Assembly (NCBI GenBank): GCA_963693365.1
Contig: CAVNZM010000009.1
Coordinates: 7,421,408 to 7,485,407, forward strand
Origin: Amoebidium appalachense
Lineage: Eukaryota; Protista; Ichthyosporea
Direction of reading: 5' to 3'
Length of the DNA: 64,000 nt
Both the position numbers and the translations under genes were made by a program. The notes under the pieces are model-generated. The model searched no databases. It saw only the letters and a list, made by a program, of their open reading frames with translations, and was not told the DNA's origin. Positions 41,227 to 53,947 of this stretch are shown here, piece after piece. Every line of letters begins with the position of its first letter. The stretch's first letter is position 1.

Positions 41227-42352
41227 TTTTATTTCTTGAAGGGAAACAGTTGTTGATTGCTCATTGTTTTTATGTTTTGGTGTGTTGTGAAGGGTGATAT
41301 ATTTGCAGGCTGGGGGAGAGCCTCAGGGCGGAGAGGCTGAGAAAGGATGACTCGAGAGAGAAACCTTCTTATGACTCGGAAGAGTCAACAGTTACACTTT
41401 TCCCGCCAGCCAGCAACAAAAACACTTAAAGAAAGCGAAAAAACACACTACCAATATGGGGCAAAGAAGAGCTGCAAAGAAGTGGGATCCGGATAGGTTT
41501 TGTTGAGTGCGGCCGGTGAACTGCATTCGAACTCGAACACGAACACGAACAGGAAATCTGGTCCAATGGCTAAATTTGAAACTCTGGCCATAAAAGGTTG
41601 TTTTCCAACGCAATTAGTCAAGTCTCTCAGAACTCCTTGGGATGCTTGGTATGACCTTCGATTTTCAGATCCAGAACTTGTCAACTTGAGACGATACCAA
41701 GGCCTCCTATATACTAATATACCAAGGCCTCCTATAAATAGTATATAGAAGGCCTTGGACGATACTCCTGGCATACTGTCAAACCGTCTCACGTGACACG
41801 GTGATTAGAAGTTCAGGTTCTCTTTCTTTCTTACGCATAGGTAATATACGTATGTAGCAGATCTAGATGCCAGACTCTTCGTAGACTGGTAGAGAGCTTA
41901 AAAACAATTTAAACTGGCAATTTTGAAGACATAAACCACACGCCCCAAAGCACTGGTTTAGGGTGTTCTTTCCTTCCTGCCACCACCAATAAATGCGCAG
42001 TTTTAAATCGTAAACTGTATGGCGCTTCGTTCAGACTATTGCTGCCGGGTACGTTTGTGTGGATTCAATGATTCTCTAAACGGTGGGCTTTTTTTTGACC
42101 AAATAATGTGTTTGCATGGGTAAGGATTAGAGAAATCATCCGTAGCATAAGGCATATAGACCCCCTTCCCCGTTGTATTCGGTGCCCATTGCCACCTCTT
42201 CTCGACGACTGCATCCATCCTTCAATCGATATTCTCCTCTTGTGAGATTTCTCGCTGAAACGTCTCTCGGTGTCTTATGAGACTAGCTTGACTCCGAGGC
42301 ACACACCCCCTTTAAGTTTAGATTGTTTTTCCCATCCGACAATTGTGCCAAA

Positions 42353-43696
42353 ATGGACGTAGATGTAGTTCGCACACACCTCCTTTCAGTTCCCAAGGTT
42401 GTGTCAAATGGTAGCAGCGTTGTGGAGGCCATGCAAGAGAGCCTCGTTCCTTCTAAACATGCTCAGGATTATACCAGAGCCCTAGAGCAGTTCGCCTCTT
42501 GCTTGGGCGAGACGGGTGCTGGAGCAACCAAGGAAGCCTTTATGAGCCTATACTCTCATGTTTACACACTTACTCAACATTCCAAAATTTTCTCTGGTAA
42601 CGGCCCTATACAAGCTAAATGGTTTCGCTTTGAAGTGCCCACCGATGTGTGCATCCTTATAACCATCTACCAGTCTTTTTACATCACACGTGCAGCGGAG
42701 GCAGCAGCGAGAGAGCTCGAGGAATTGGAGCGAAATATCCTTCTTGTGTGCTACCGTTTTGATTTACTGCAACAGTTTACTGATTCCTTCAAGCGAGATC
42801 TAGCCAAGAAGATGGGGAGTGACGCTTTTTTCGCCCAACAAGCAGCCGAACTCATTCTCAAGGTGTGGCGAAAGACGACAGTTCCTCTGATGGGCACACA
42901 CCAGTATCACGTCCGACATGCTCTTCAAAGGTGGGAGGAAAACGGGGGATGTGTGAGAGAGCTCACGTTTTTCCCGGTGCATTTGATCGATCAGTTCAAG
43001 GCAGCCGTTCTTACTTTTCACCCCATCGCAAGGGTGATGAAGCGTCATGGGGTGGTGGCGAGGGTGGGGCACATTCTTCTCAGCAAGAAGGAAAAGGATG
43101 CGAGGTTGCTGGGTTTCGCGTTGGCGAATAGCGGACAGTATTCAGTGGGGTTGTTTGAGGAACACGAGCACCGTTTCTTGAGAGCTTGCAGCGAAGACGA
43201 AATCGATACTAGTGATGAGATGTTTTACTGCCGCCGGACAACTTATCCACATGCACTCAAACTCCCGGCCGAAAGGGTTCCGCTAGAGCCGGCGCTGATT
43301 AACGTTATCGCTGGACATCCTCCTGGGCAAGAGCACGTGGTTTTCTTTGCAAACGCGGGAAATGGAGCCTTTGACGACGAGGATGATGAGGATGATGACT
43401 TGGATGGGGTGGGTGGTGGTTTTGTGCAGCCGGGGAACAATCATGTTGAATTATGGAATCAGGAGGAGGGGGAGGAAGAGGAGTTTGATGAAGAAGGGGA
43501 GGATTGGGAGGGGCTGTGGGGAGAAAACAGAGAAGGGGGCGAGGGGCAGGGGGAGGCGGACGGGGAGGGGGAGGTGGGTGTGTTGGGTGACGGAGACGGG
43601 CAGGTGGAAGGGAATGGAAATGAACAAGAGGGAAGACGCCAGCACGAGGGTGAGGGCGTGGATGATGAGAATGTGAAACGGACACGTTTGGAGTGA
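42353..43696 (+). CDS. Intronless 447-aa protein: divergent N-terminal cullin-repeat-like domain, long acidic tail and terminal basic motif
   Basis: Uninterrupted, microsatellite-free ORF (first ATG 42353). Ordered similarity to the CUL1 N-terminus as recalled: AFMSLYSHVYTLT vs RYMELYTHVYNYC; LILKVWRKTT...RWEENGG vs LALVTWRDCL...KERNGE; LFEEHEHRFL...FY vs YKESFESQFL...FY. No cullin-homology or neddylation domain. The D/E/G-rich tail ends in KRTRLE. Confidence 0.7.
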   Translation: MDVDVVRTHLLSVPKVVSNGSSVVEAMQESLVPSKHAQDYTRALEQFASCLGETGAGATKEAFMSLYSHVYTLTQHSKIFSGNGPIQAKWFRFEVPTDVCILITIYQSFYITRAAEAAARELEELERNILLVCYRFDLLQQFTDSFKRDLAKKMGSDAFFAQQAAELILKVWRKTTVPLMGTHQYHVRHALQRWEENGGCVRELTFFPVHLIDQFKAAVLTFHPIARVMKRHGVVARVGHILLSKKEKDARLLGFALANSGQYSVGLFEEHEHRFLRACSEDEIDTSDEMFYCRRTTYPHALKLPAERVPLEPALINVIAGHPPGQEHVVFFANAGNGAFDDEDDEDDDLDGVGGGFVQPGNNHVELWNQEEGEEEEFDEEGEDWEGLWGENREGGEGQGEADGEGEVGVLGDGDGQVEGNGNEQEGRRQHEGEGVDDENVKRTRLE

Positions 43697-44036
43697 AAAT
43701 TGAGTGGGTGCAAGTGTTGGTTGGGATGAACTTATATGCGGTTTGTACAGTTTGGTATTGGGCTGTTTGTACTTGTGACAAGGGGTTTTTTAAGGCATGT
43801 ATACAGGCAATATAACCAAGCGTGTGCGCAAACACAGATACGCCCACAAGCAGAAGCACACACACAAGCGAAAGCATGCACACACAAGCACGTTCGTGTG
43901 CGCGCGCGTGCACACACACACACACACACAGACAGACACAGACACACACATTTTCTAAATGTAGCGCACAAATCTTTCTCATATGCATGTGGGGCTAGAT
44001 AAGAGAACGATCAGAACGGGAGGGAGATAACACGAG

Positions 44037-44076
<40 letters not shown>

Positions 44077-44128
44077 ACACACACACCTCCTCTCCGTTTT
44101 TTTTTTGTTTTTTTTTGTGTGTGTGTTT

Positions 44129-44172
<44 letters not shown>

Positions 44173-44714
44173 AGGGAGAGGAGAGAGAGAGAGAGAGTGT
44201 GTGTGTGTGGATCATTGCATTATTTTGGTGACTTTGACGAAGGCTCGAGGTGGTGAGTGCGGCATAGGTAAAGGGTGTGTCTACATTTTGAATGTGGGAA
44301 GGTAACTAGCTTTGCATCCTTTTTTTCCCCGTTTTGCCCCTCGCTGTTCCCCTCTTAAAGGGTACCGCGATCGTTGAGATTATTTACCATATTTTCTTCT
44401 ATTTATTAAAGGAGTGTTCAATATCAGGGGTTTCCACCCACTTCTCCTTTTTTGTGATTCAATACCGATTTGTTTTTAAAAGACCCCGATTATGGGGCCC
44501 GGAATGTAAATCATAATTATGCACGTAGGCTTATTTTTCTCCAAGGTTTTATTTCAAGTTTCTTATTGGCCAATAGAATATTTTCCAAATCTATGTTGTA
44601 TCAAAAGTGTGCGGACAGGAGCCACAAAGAAGTACGGAGGAGAAAATGGGTTCGAAGTCAGCCCAATTCTGTTCTGTAATCAAGCTACCACCAGATTGTG
44701 GTTTTTATTACCTA

Positions 44715-44745
<31 letters not shown>

Positions 44746-44836
44746 TTCCCCCTCCCCCCCTCTTTCCACACCCACACGCATGAACACAACGGGACACACA
44801 CAGAATCGCACGCTTGAGCACATGGTGTACAAGCAT

Positions 44837-44880
<44 letters not shown>

Positions 44881-44897
44881 TCTCTACGCGGGCTAAG

Positions 44898-45056
44898 GGG
44901 TCGAAACTCAGACGCAATTGATGACTTGGGCCCTCCCTGAGGATGGGCTCTGCTTATGACGCATACTGTGCATATGGCTGATGTTGCATACTTGAATGTT
45001 TGCCTTTGCATGTGTCCTTCGTGTATGCGTACTTCGTACCGTGTTCCGCATTCAAA
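44898..45056 (+). mobile_element. Diverged copy of family A
   Basis: GGTCGAAACTC...GATGACTTGGGCCCTCCCTGAGGATGGGCTCTGCTT...GTACTTCGTACCGTGTTCCGCATTCAAA, lying between C-tracts. Confidence 0.78.
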
Positions 45057-45919
45057 CCGTCCCCCCCCCCCCTCCCCCCCCCCCCCCCCCTCCCCCCGGC
45101 CTCGCTCGGGGCACACACAACACAAACATAAACACACACGTGTGCAAAAACATGCACACGCAGACACAGGCTTGGAGCCTGAAGTACAACCCGTGCACAA
45201 ACGGTACAGTTTTTGCATGCACATAAGGAGGGGGCCCAGGGGGGAGGGTGAACGAGAGTGAGCGAAGAAACCCAGAAAACTTTAGTAAACTTTCTTATAA
45301 TTGATATTTTCCGAACTGACACCGGAATATCCCCATATCCCCAAAAACGAGTTTTCTAGGAATATATTATGGTTATCGAAATCGTTATCTCCTTCGTATC
45401 CGAGAGTGAGGATTCAGTGTACGTACGGCACTTCAGTATTGTTCTTCTCTGAGACATCTGTGATATCTCGCTTGCTGCTATTTTGATGAGCATATCAATA
45501 AAGTCATTATGATATGTTTATAAATGGCATTTTTCTTCTTTAATACCGAGATTGGCCGCCACAATACATTAACTCACGAAGTGGCTGCCTCGTGGCATTG
45601 CTTCGAATATTCCCTGTAAACAGGGGCTGTATCAAGGGCCTCATAGAATGATAACAGGTGGAACTTGATACTATATATAGTACATGTCTAACTTTTAACT
45701 TTCTGGAGTTCATGATCAGTCCCTGTGATTGGGGGGGAATGTGCTGTTTATTAACAACATGTAGGTGAGCTGTGATGAGTTGTTGGCACCAAGGCCAACA
45801 GTACTTCCACCCAACAAGATATACATGTAAAAAATCGATGTTACACTTATGTCATATGCATACAAATGTTACGTGGAGATATAACTATCAGATATGTAGT
45901 ACATCAGATGTGGAGATGT

Positions 45920-45950
<31 letters not shown>

Positions 45951-46558
45951 GGACACGGTACTCGAAGGTTGGGGGAGGGTCTCAAAAAACACGCAGGGAA
46001 TTGAACCTGAATTAATTTCTTTTGCTCTGCAATCGGCCAACAGAGAAACCTGAGCAGACTTATTTGTGACCCACAGTATGTGCCAGGTTGGGCCCACCAT
46101 GAGTACGTATCGGAGCAGTGGTCATGGTGGAGAGCGGGCGTTTTTCTTTTTCTTTGTTTCTTTCTTTCTTTCTTTTCTTTCTTTCTTTCTTTTTTTTTTT
46201 TGTGTGTGTGTGTGTGTGTGTACATGTGGGGGGGGAGGGGGTGGGGGGGGGGGGGGGACGGAAAGAGGAAGGGAGAGAAAGAAATTCACTGATAGAACCC
46301 GGGGAATAGGGAATGAGAAAGAAAGAGAGGAAGAGGGTGATGCACGGGAGGAGAGGGGGTGGGGAGGGGAGGGAGGGGGGAGGGGGGGCTTTATAGAGCA
46401 CCTTCGAGAAACCTCGTGCCGTGAATGGTGTGAACTTCAAGATGGTAGGAGACATTACTGAGCTATATATGCATGATGGCCGTTTGCAATTTGTGGCCGT
46501 GAGTGGCAGGTGGTTTGCAATTGGTCGCGGTGGGCTTTGGTGGCAAATTCTTCATGTG

Positions 46559-46591
<33 letters not shown>

Positions 46592-46611
46592 GAGGGGGGT
46601 GGGGGACGGGG

Positions 46612-46642
<31 letters not shown>

Positions 46643-46803
46643 AGGGGGTGTCAGTACATTACTCAGTCGGAGTATCATTGCCCATGTCCTCTGCTTGTAA
46701 CCTGATGAGGGCCGTGATAAAACTTTCTAGGTCTTACCTTGCTCAGACACTTACCGTATACGTGTCTACCTTATGTCCCCCCCTTCCCTCCCCCCTCCCC
46801 CCC

Positions 46804-46853
<50 letters not shown>

Positions 46854-47149
46854 GGCCCGCCCTCCCACGTGCACTCCCCGGCCTCTCCCCCTTCGTGATC
46901 CTTCAACCTCAGAACACCGTTGCCATCTTCTTTAGGTCTCTTAACTCATAAACGTAACCGTGCTTTTATAGAGCCCATGAATGCGCAACACACACACACG
47001 CGCGCGCGTCCGCGCGCGCACACACACACACACACACGTGACACGCACACAATGTCCCTGATAGTTGCTTGCGACACTTTCAAAAACGGCCGTGTTATAA
47101 TTTACCTTGCACGGGGATGTTCATCAAACACATCATTTTTATTCATTCA

Positions 47150-47600
47150 GCGACTCCAGAGCAGAATCCCCCCCCCCCCCCCCCCCCCCCCTCCTTTTCT
47201 CCCCCCCCCCCCCCCCCCCCCCCCCACCCCCTCCTCCCCACCCTTTTCACATTTAGGCCCCATCAGATTAGCAGAATCGATTGGCTGCGAGTTGAAGTGT
47301 TCTGCAAGCAGAGTTTTCCGCTATGGAACGAGAATTAATCCGCTCCAAGTGGATCTATTCTGCTACAATTATGTTTTTGCTAAAAACAGAATGATTCTGC
47401 TTGGAGCAAGTTTATCGTCCTGCCTTGAGCAGAACTTTCTGCTCAGAGCAGGATCATATTTTTTAGAAGCAGAATTATCCCGTATTTGCTGTATTCTGCT
47501 AATAGCAGAATAACTCTGTCCTCCTCCCCCCCCCCCCCCCACCCCAAGAATAATCCTGCATTTTTTGCAGAATAACCGTACAACTCTGCTGGGAGCAAGT
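47150..47600. repeat. Region of many AGCAGAAT/ATTCTGCT motifs in both orientations, probably a MITE remnant
   Basis: About a dozen motif variants. The ends ACTCCAGAGCAGAAT and ACTCTGCTGGGAGC form an imperfect inverted pair. Confidence 0.45.
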
Positions 47601-47618
47601 AGATTATGGTGACGTTTT

Positions 47619-47651
<33 letters not shown>

Positions 47652-48615
47652 CCACTCTTTACCACCCTCTTCTTGTTCTTATCTCTCACTCCCTTTTCCT
47701 TTGTTTTGTTTATTCAGAAGAAGGAATGGGATGGTGCAATCTGCTGTGGAATTCCTCCATTCTTGGCAACAGTCTCATTGAGCCGTTGACCGTGAATTGA
47801 AATAGCAAGGTACTTGTTGGGTTTCAAAGAGTAGAAATGTTCATATTGTGCAACTTCAAGAAAAGCTTGAGCAACCATTGGGCCACTTTATCTAACACCT
47901 CTTCCATTTAGTTGTTTGGTTGTTAATCTTACAGCTGAATCTCGGGCATTCAGGTGTGTACATGCGCCGAAGTCATTATATTAGCTGAGATGTAGGCATA
48001 AAGGGGAGGGGGCGCTGAAAGTGAAGGAGGAGCGGCGGCGGCGGGCGGGGCGGGGGGGGGGGGGGGGGGGGTGGGTGTGGATGTGTGTGTGTGTGTGTGT
48101 GTTTGTGTGTGTGTGTGCGTGTACGTGCTTGCATTTTTGTGGTTTGAGTTCAACAACATTCTCCCCGCCCCCCCCCATTCTCATTTTTCGTTCAGTTTTC
48201 TTTGCACCCTTTCTTTTCACCACACTCCTTTTACCCTTATACCCCCCCCCCCCCCCCCCCCCCCTAACCCCTCCCCTCCTCCTCTAACCCCTTCTTCCGT
48301 CCCTGGCTCTCTCAACATCCCCCCCCCCCCCCCCCCCCCTTTTTTTTTTTTTTTTTTCTCTCCTGTTTTTTTTGTTCCCTAGTCCACCATGTCATGACAC
48401 CACTATCCCATGATTTAAGGTGAATCACCAAATCAACCTACATCTGTTCTGTCTCTATTCTTTGTAATGCTGTATGAATCGTGTGTGTGTGATGTATCTC
48501 TTGTGTTTCACCGTGACAGGCAGTGGGTGTGTGGCTGATTAGGGTAGGGTGGGGGGTGGGGGAACCGTTGGGGGGGGGGGGGGGGGGGGGGGGGTCCGGG
48601 AGGAGAGGTACCCAC

Positions 48616-48767
48616 CTGTGCTGTCCCAACGTTGTAGTTCCCACCGCTGTACTGTCGGGTTGTGCCAAAGCACCCTCAGGGGGGTCGGTTTGAAACTTTC
48701 TGGTGAGCACAAAGTTGAGCTTCTCGCCGCTCACGCCGCTGTCCAGGAGATAGCGGATGAGACTGGC
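48616..48767 (-). mobile_element. Catalytic-region exon remnant of the P-element/THAP9-like transposase
   Basis: 152-nt segment bounded by AG and GT: LIRYLLDSGVSGEKLNFVLTRKFQTDPPEGA, then with a 1-nt shift FGTTRQYSGGNYNV. This matches the P-superfamily motif YVLTxxFxxDPLExxFGxxRQxxGGNY around the third catalytic acidic residue. Confidence 0.8.
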
Positions 48768-48905
48768 CTGCAAATAACAAGTCAGCAAAATCTGTATGGC
48801 ACCACATTCGACATTTAACTACGCTTGGCATGTGAAAAATCATATGGAAAAGCCCCCCTCCCCCCCCCCCCTCCTGACACTTCCCCACCCACCCACCCCG
48901 ACACA

Positions 48906-48956
<51 letters not shown>

Positions 48957-49047
48957 ACATACCCACTGATGCGCACACACACACGTGTCATACACACACA
49001 CACACACAGTGTCACACACAGACATACACACACACACACACACACAA

Positions 49048-49093
<46 letters not shown>

Positions 49094-49439
49094 CTATGTT
49101 AGATGTGTACACACACACGACACATCACACACTTTATGCCCGTCGACTCATGTGACCTCGTGTGTTTGGGGGGGGGGGGGGGGGGGGGTCTGCTTATCTA
49201 TCCAGTCAAGGGGAGCTCCGAGGGGGGGGGGGGGGGGGGTTGGTTATTTTCAACGCAATAGAAAGTTGGGGGGGGGGGGTATGGAGGGGGGCCTCAAGAT
49301 TGAAATTTTCGTTTTATTCTGTTGTTTCGTGTACGAAGGGGGATGTTGTGGTGCTATGGTGGCCATGGTGGAGAGAGAAATGGGGGGGGGGGGGGGGGGG
49401 GGGGGGGCTGGGTTGTTTAGTGGACAAGGGCTGGGAAGA

Positions 49440-49872
49440 GGGCACACCGGAGGGGATTTTTAGTATTTCAGTGTAAGTAGGGCAATTGGGGAAAATGCTG
49501 GGGACTGGGTCTAGGCATCGTTTGGCCGGACTTTGTGATGATATCAAGGGACGGAAAGTGACGACAGCAGACACGCGCAAAACCGTCGTGTGGGTCGAAG
49601 TTCTGGGGCCACTCCCTCGGCACAGCCCGTAGCCATGCGTTCATAAGTTGTCGTGTTTCTTCACGTACTTTATCGTTTCTTATCCGCCCATCGTTCGGGT
49701 TGGGAAATTTGTAAACAGAAACCTTGTTTTCGTCGTCGTAATTGCCTCTGCAGCCTGGAACACTGCATACGTTACCGAGGTTGGTGCTACGCTTGAAGCT
49801 ACGTTTTCTGCTTATCTAACCCAGCCTCAGGTGGAATAGCTCCCTCCATGGGCCAGTCCCGCCGTCAGCCAT
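49440..49872 (-). pseudogene. THAP zinc-finger domain of a degenerate P-element/THAP9-like transposase
   Basis: Minus-strand translation reads CSVPGCRGNYDDENKVSVYKFP...LMNAWLRAVPR...ARVCCRHF, the C2CH THAP signature with conserved P, W and F. The AVPTIF-like box PVPSIFPNCP follows in a shifted frame. There is an in-frame TAG at codon 19 of the frame opened by the ATG at 49872. Confidence 0.85.
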
Positions 49873-50904
49873 TTCACAGTCGCCTCCGTTGTGCCTAAAG
49901 CCTTCCGTAACAACGAAAAAAATCGACGTAGACGAAAACGAAAAACACATGTATACATGTGTTTATCGATGGAATGGCTGGAATGGCGGGATTTGGATGC
50001 CAAGTGGACAATGGAATGCGATCTTATGACGTAATCTATCCAGGCCGTCGTTTTTTCAGAGGGCCGTGCCGCCCGGCCCCGCCGTCATGGCCCCACGTGG
50101 CTGCCACATTGCCAATGTCCGTGAGTCTGAAACTGTCAGTGTCAGTTGTCACTCGGGCCGCTCAAGTCTGTGCCAAGATGTGTTTCATGCGAAAGAATGC
50201 ACTTTGTGTGGAGAAAGGTGTTCATTGGCTACAAACATACCCAATAGGAACACGGACTCGCACAATGCACTCACAGCAGATCTATTTTAGAGCTTTGAAG
50301 CCTAAGTTTTATCTACCTTGTCACTTAGGTAAACAGGAAACTCGAAGTGAATAGCTCAAGCGCATATGAAAAGCAACTTTGATACCAATAATTTCAGTTT
50401 CTCTCCTTATCATGTGATGGGTTGTTCTTTTCAGTTTCTCTCCTTAGCATGTGATGGGCTGTTCTGTACCTGACACTCGAACCGCGGCTCATGGGTACGC
50501 CGCCAGCTGCAACTTTGCCGGCCAGCAGAGTCACGCGCCGGCGACTTCGCCACTCGCCACTCTTTGAATCTACCGTAGCCCGTCGGACTGCTAGGCTAGA
50601 GACAGTCCAAATCACTCGTGATCACACCACCCCTGATCATTTTATTAGCCAAATCAACCTTGCATTGTAAACTTTCGCTGATCTTAGAAATTGTGCACAT
50701 ACCACACTTGCTAAGGGGAGAAAAAAATCATTGAAACGTAGGTCGGACGTCGACTCAATCGACAGCCTGTGGGAGGAATATCACGATGTAGGGAGTTTGC
50801 AAAATTGCAGAGCTTTACAACATTCAATATCTGATTGGTTCTAAATCACCAATCGCTTGCAAATTTAATTGAATCGTTGGTGTTTAACTGTCAGGGCCTC
50901 CGAG

Positions 50905-51648
50905 TAGGCTTAGGTAAATCTATCCCAAAAACTTCCCTAATTATTTTTTCTTTTGACTAGATTTCCCCTACGCACTATCTCAAATCTATCTCAAAAGTGA
51001 TCTGATTATCAAAGATCCATATCCGGAGACTCTCAAAATCTGGACCTAAATATCCCGATCATCTATCCCTGGGGGCCCTATCTATCCGGGGATATATCAT
51101 TTTCTCCGAGGACGGCCTAAATATCCACATCGATTATCCCAGTGCTAGGGGCTATGTGTTTACGCAAATGCGTACTATATGCCTGTACTGGGTGTCTTTG
51201 TCACCTTATAAAAAGATGCTATCAATCAGAAGCTAGTGGGTTCATCAAGACAGCGTGTGCAGGGGGGGCGGCGGCGCCGGGGGGGGGGCTCAAGGCCCGG
51301 CCGCGGCGGGCCCGGGCCGGGCTGCCCGGTATATACATAGCGACTATATCATTATAATAGCATGCAATAAGCATTGATTGATAGTATTTTCAACATAATT
51401 ATTTAACCTCCCTCCACTTTGATACATTGATGTTATTATTTTTCGCCGATTATTATAGCAGAGCTCGAGCGCTTCATATAGGCTTTGAAATTTACTTACT
51501 CCTTCGAATAGTCTTACAAAGTCGTATTATAGTGTTCAATTTTCTTTTGACTGGATTTATTCGACGGAAAGATATGCAACTGCCTTTTCTCGTTACAGGC
51601 GCGCCTCAGTTATATCAACCCCATGGTATATCAACCCTTGATTGTAGC

Positions 51649-51702
<54 letters not shown>

Positions 51703-51762
51703 CCCGCCCGCCCGCCCGCCCGCCCGCCCGCCCGCCCCGGGTTCGATCCTGGCCGGCGCCGT

Positions 51763-51796
<34 letters not shown>

Positions 51797-53037
51797 CTCC
51801 CCTAAGTCTGGCTGCACATGCCAATGGGTGCGGGCTGGACCAATCAGATGCTACATAGATTTAAGTCTCGTATCAGAAGGTCTGGACTTTGCGTGTTGAC
51901 AAACAAACAAAAAGTAACAAGAATTACACGAAGAAAAGGTGACTGAGCTGCCGGGCACGGTGTAGGTGCAAACGGGGCGGTGTAGCCTATTGAAATGGCA
52001 AGATCTGGAGCCCATGTAATATAATAGATCGCAGATCGCACGATTAAGGCTCAGATCGCCCGATTAGCCCCAGATCGCCCGATCAGGCGATCTCTCGGTT
52101 ATATCAACCCTTGATTGTAGCAACCCTAGGGCCGCCGGCGAAGGGTTGATATAACTGAGGCGCGACTGTAATACCATACGCAGTATAAGTTTCTTTCTCG
52201 TTCTGATAGAGAAATCAAAGGTAAAACTCAGTCGGCATGTGTTATGTTCCTTAGGCAACACCGTACTGATCATTATCGCTTTTTGGGAGCTTTGGCAGGA
52301 TACATTTCTCCTGCTGTACGTATGGATACCACCCTAGTAGATAAGTCTGTATGGTGCTCTGATGTTGATATTGCCTGGGAAGTTGTGCAGTGGCGCTGTA
52401 CTTCTTGTTTTCATCGCCGCTGGTGCCACTTTTGTGCTGACCTTTCTAATCGCAAGCATGTTGATAGGTGTGAGTTTTTATGTCGCGTTTTACCTCTTTC
52501 CCTACGGGTGTCTGCTACACTAGCTGGCAATGTGAACACTTTAGACTTTTTGTTGAATTCTGTTGGTCGTCACATTGAGTATTTATATGATTTTCACACA
52601 GTGTTCAGGTATCTCAGTATGCACTTGTTACTGGATAACTCGTGAAGTTTTTATTGTCTTCTCAGTATGCCGTGCATACTTGCATATCTTTCCGTCGAAT
52701 AAATCCAGTCAAAAGAAAAAAAGTGTTCAATGTAGTCGTCCCCGTCACCTCTTTGCTGGAGACTTATGTCTGCAAATTGATTGGTCATTAATCATTTTGG
52801 CGCCAGCCGACTGCCAAAAATGTATAGGTATGGGTACCCCAGGGACCAAAGATATGCCAATCTATCCCGACCCTTGAAACGGGATATATCCAACCTACCT
52901 GGATAGATCGTCTATCAAGGGTCCCCCTGATTATCAAATGGATCTATCCCAAAATTGCCTGATTATCTCGTATATATCACATATCCCGAGGCCCCCTGAT
53001 TATCCCGAAGATAGGCGGGATATTTTACCTACCCTTA
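50905..53037. mobile_element. Probable non-autonomous DNA transposon (~2.1 kb) hosting the nested pogo-like MITE
   Basis: Imperfect TIR TAGGTAAATCTATCCC (50911-50926) pairs with GGGATATTTTACCTA (53017-53031). Both ~230-bp subterminal zones are dense in TATCCC, CTATC and GATTATC motifs. Target duplication unresolved. Confidence 0.55.
51596..52168. mobile_element. Tc1/mariner (pogo/Tigger-like) MITE, 573 bp
   Basis: 26-bp TIRs CAG(G/T)CGCGCCTCAGTTATATCAACCC with one mismatch. TA target duplication at 51594-51595 and 52169-52170. The internal direct repeat TATATCAACCCTTGATTGTAGCAACC lies near both ends. Confidence 0.9.
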
Positions 53038-53570
53038 GCTCCAAGTACATAGCCTATCTATTATATCGGCAGCTATGTAGAATGAACTGACTAACCACGT
53101 GGCCCAAGCGCCTTTCTCTTTACTGAAAAAAATTGTCGTGCTCTGTTTTTTGTTTTGCATTTGATACACCATAGTTCTAAGCTAACACTAATAGGGGTGT
53201 TATATATGCGCTTCTCAGTCAGCACGGTGACACGGTTCTGCACCGTGTAGAAGATCCGCCAGATCTGACTCCATCCATGGTCATCTTTCATCATCGGAGG
53301 CTGCAACGCGTACGGGCCACTGCCCATGGGCCATGGCCAGCAAAGACAGGCACACATTGAGGCTATCTCCACATGGTGCGGCAGCCTTACAAATATAAAT
53401 GCACAAAAAAAAAGCTGCACAACCCTCACAATTCAGCAACCTTTGTTTTGGTTTACCGCGGTGAATTAATCAAACTACAGCCGGTAGCATTTCGTGTACT
53501 GTTTAGAATACGAGGGTCACTTCAACATCATCAGGAGGAGTGAGTCAACGACTCGGCAAGATTATTGAGA

Positions 53571-53915
53571 ATGCCCCATAAGAGTTCATGCATTTTAGGG
53601 GCGGTGGGGTTGGTACTTTGTGCCCTCCCACACGCCGTATTTGGTGGGCCGGTGGGTCAGCGTGATGTCGAACGTCGCCAGGCGGATGGTAGCGACGACT
53701 TCCTCCAGTTTGTTGGCTATCGCAGCTATGGAACTCTCCCTGGAGTAAAGTCAGGTAGTGTGCACGCACATACACACACAAGCACACACGCACACACACA
53801 CACACACACGCACACCGCACTAAGCCGTGACACACTAGCTTGCACACACACTGTCACGCACACACACACACATGTACACACACATGTACACACACACACA
53901 CACACGTGCACACGT

Positions 53916-53947
<32 letters not shown>

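Noticed and set aside
41448-42218. Short minus-strand ORFs (114 and 60 aa) between DDX60 and the cullin-like gene
   Set aside because: No recognisable motifs, and they lie in the presumed shared promoter; they cannot be supported without expression data.
47713-47878. Possible downstream exon of the P-like transposase (MVAQAFLEVAQYEHF...)
   Set aside because: Short, with no recognisable transposase motif or clear splice sites.
49900-50150. Terminal inverted repeat of the P-like element
   Set aside because: Only short local palindromes were found; no matching partner end or target duplication was identified.
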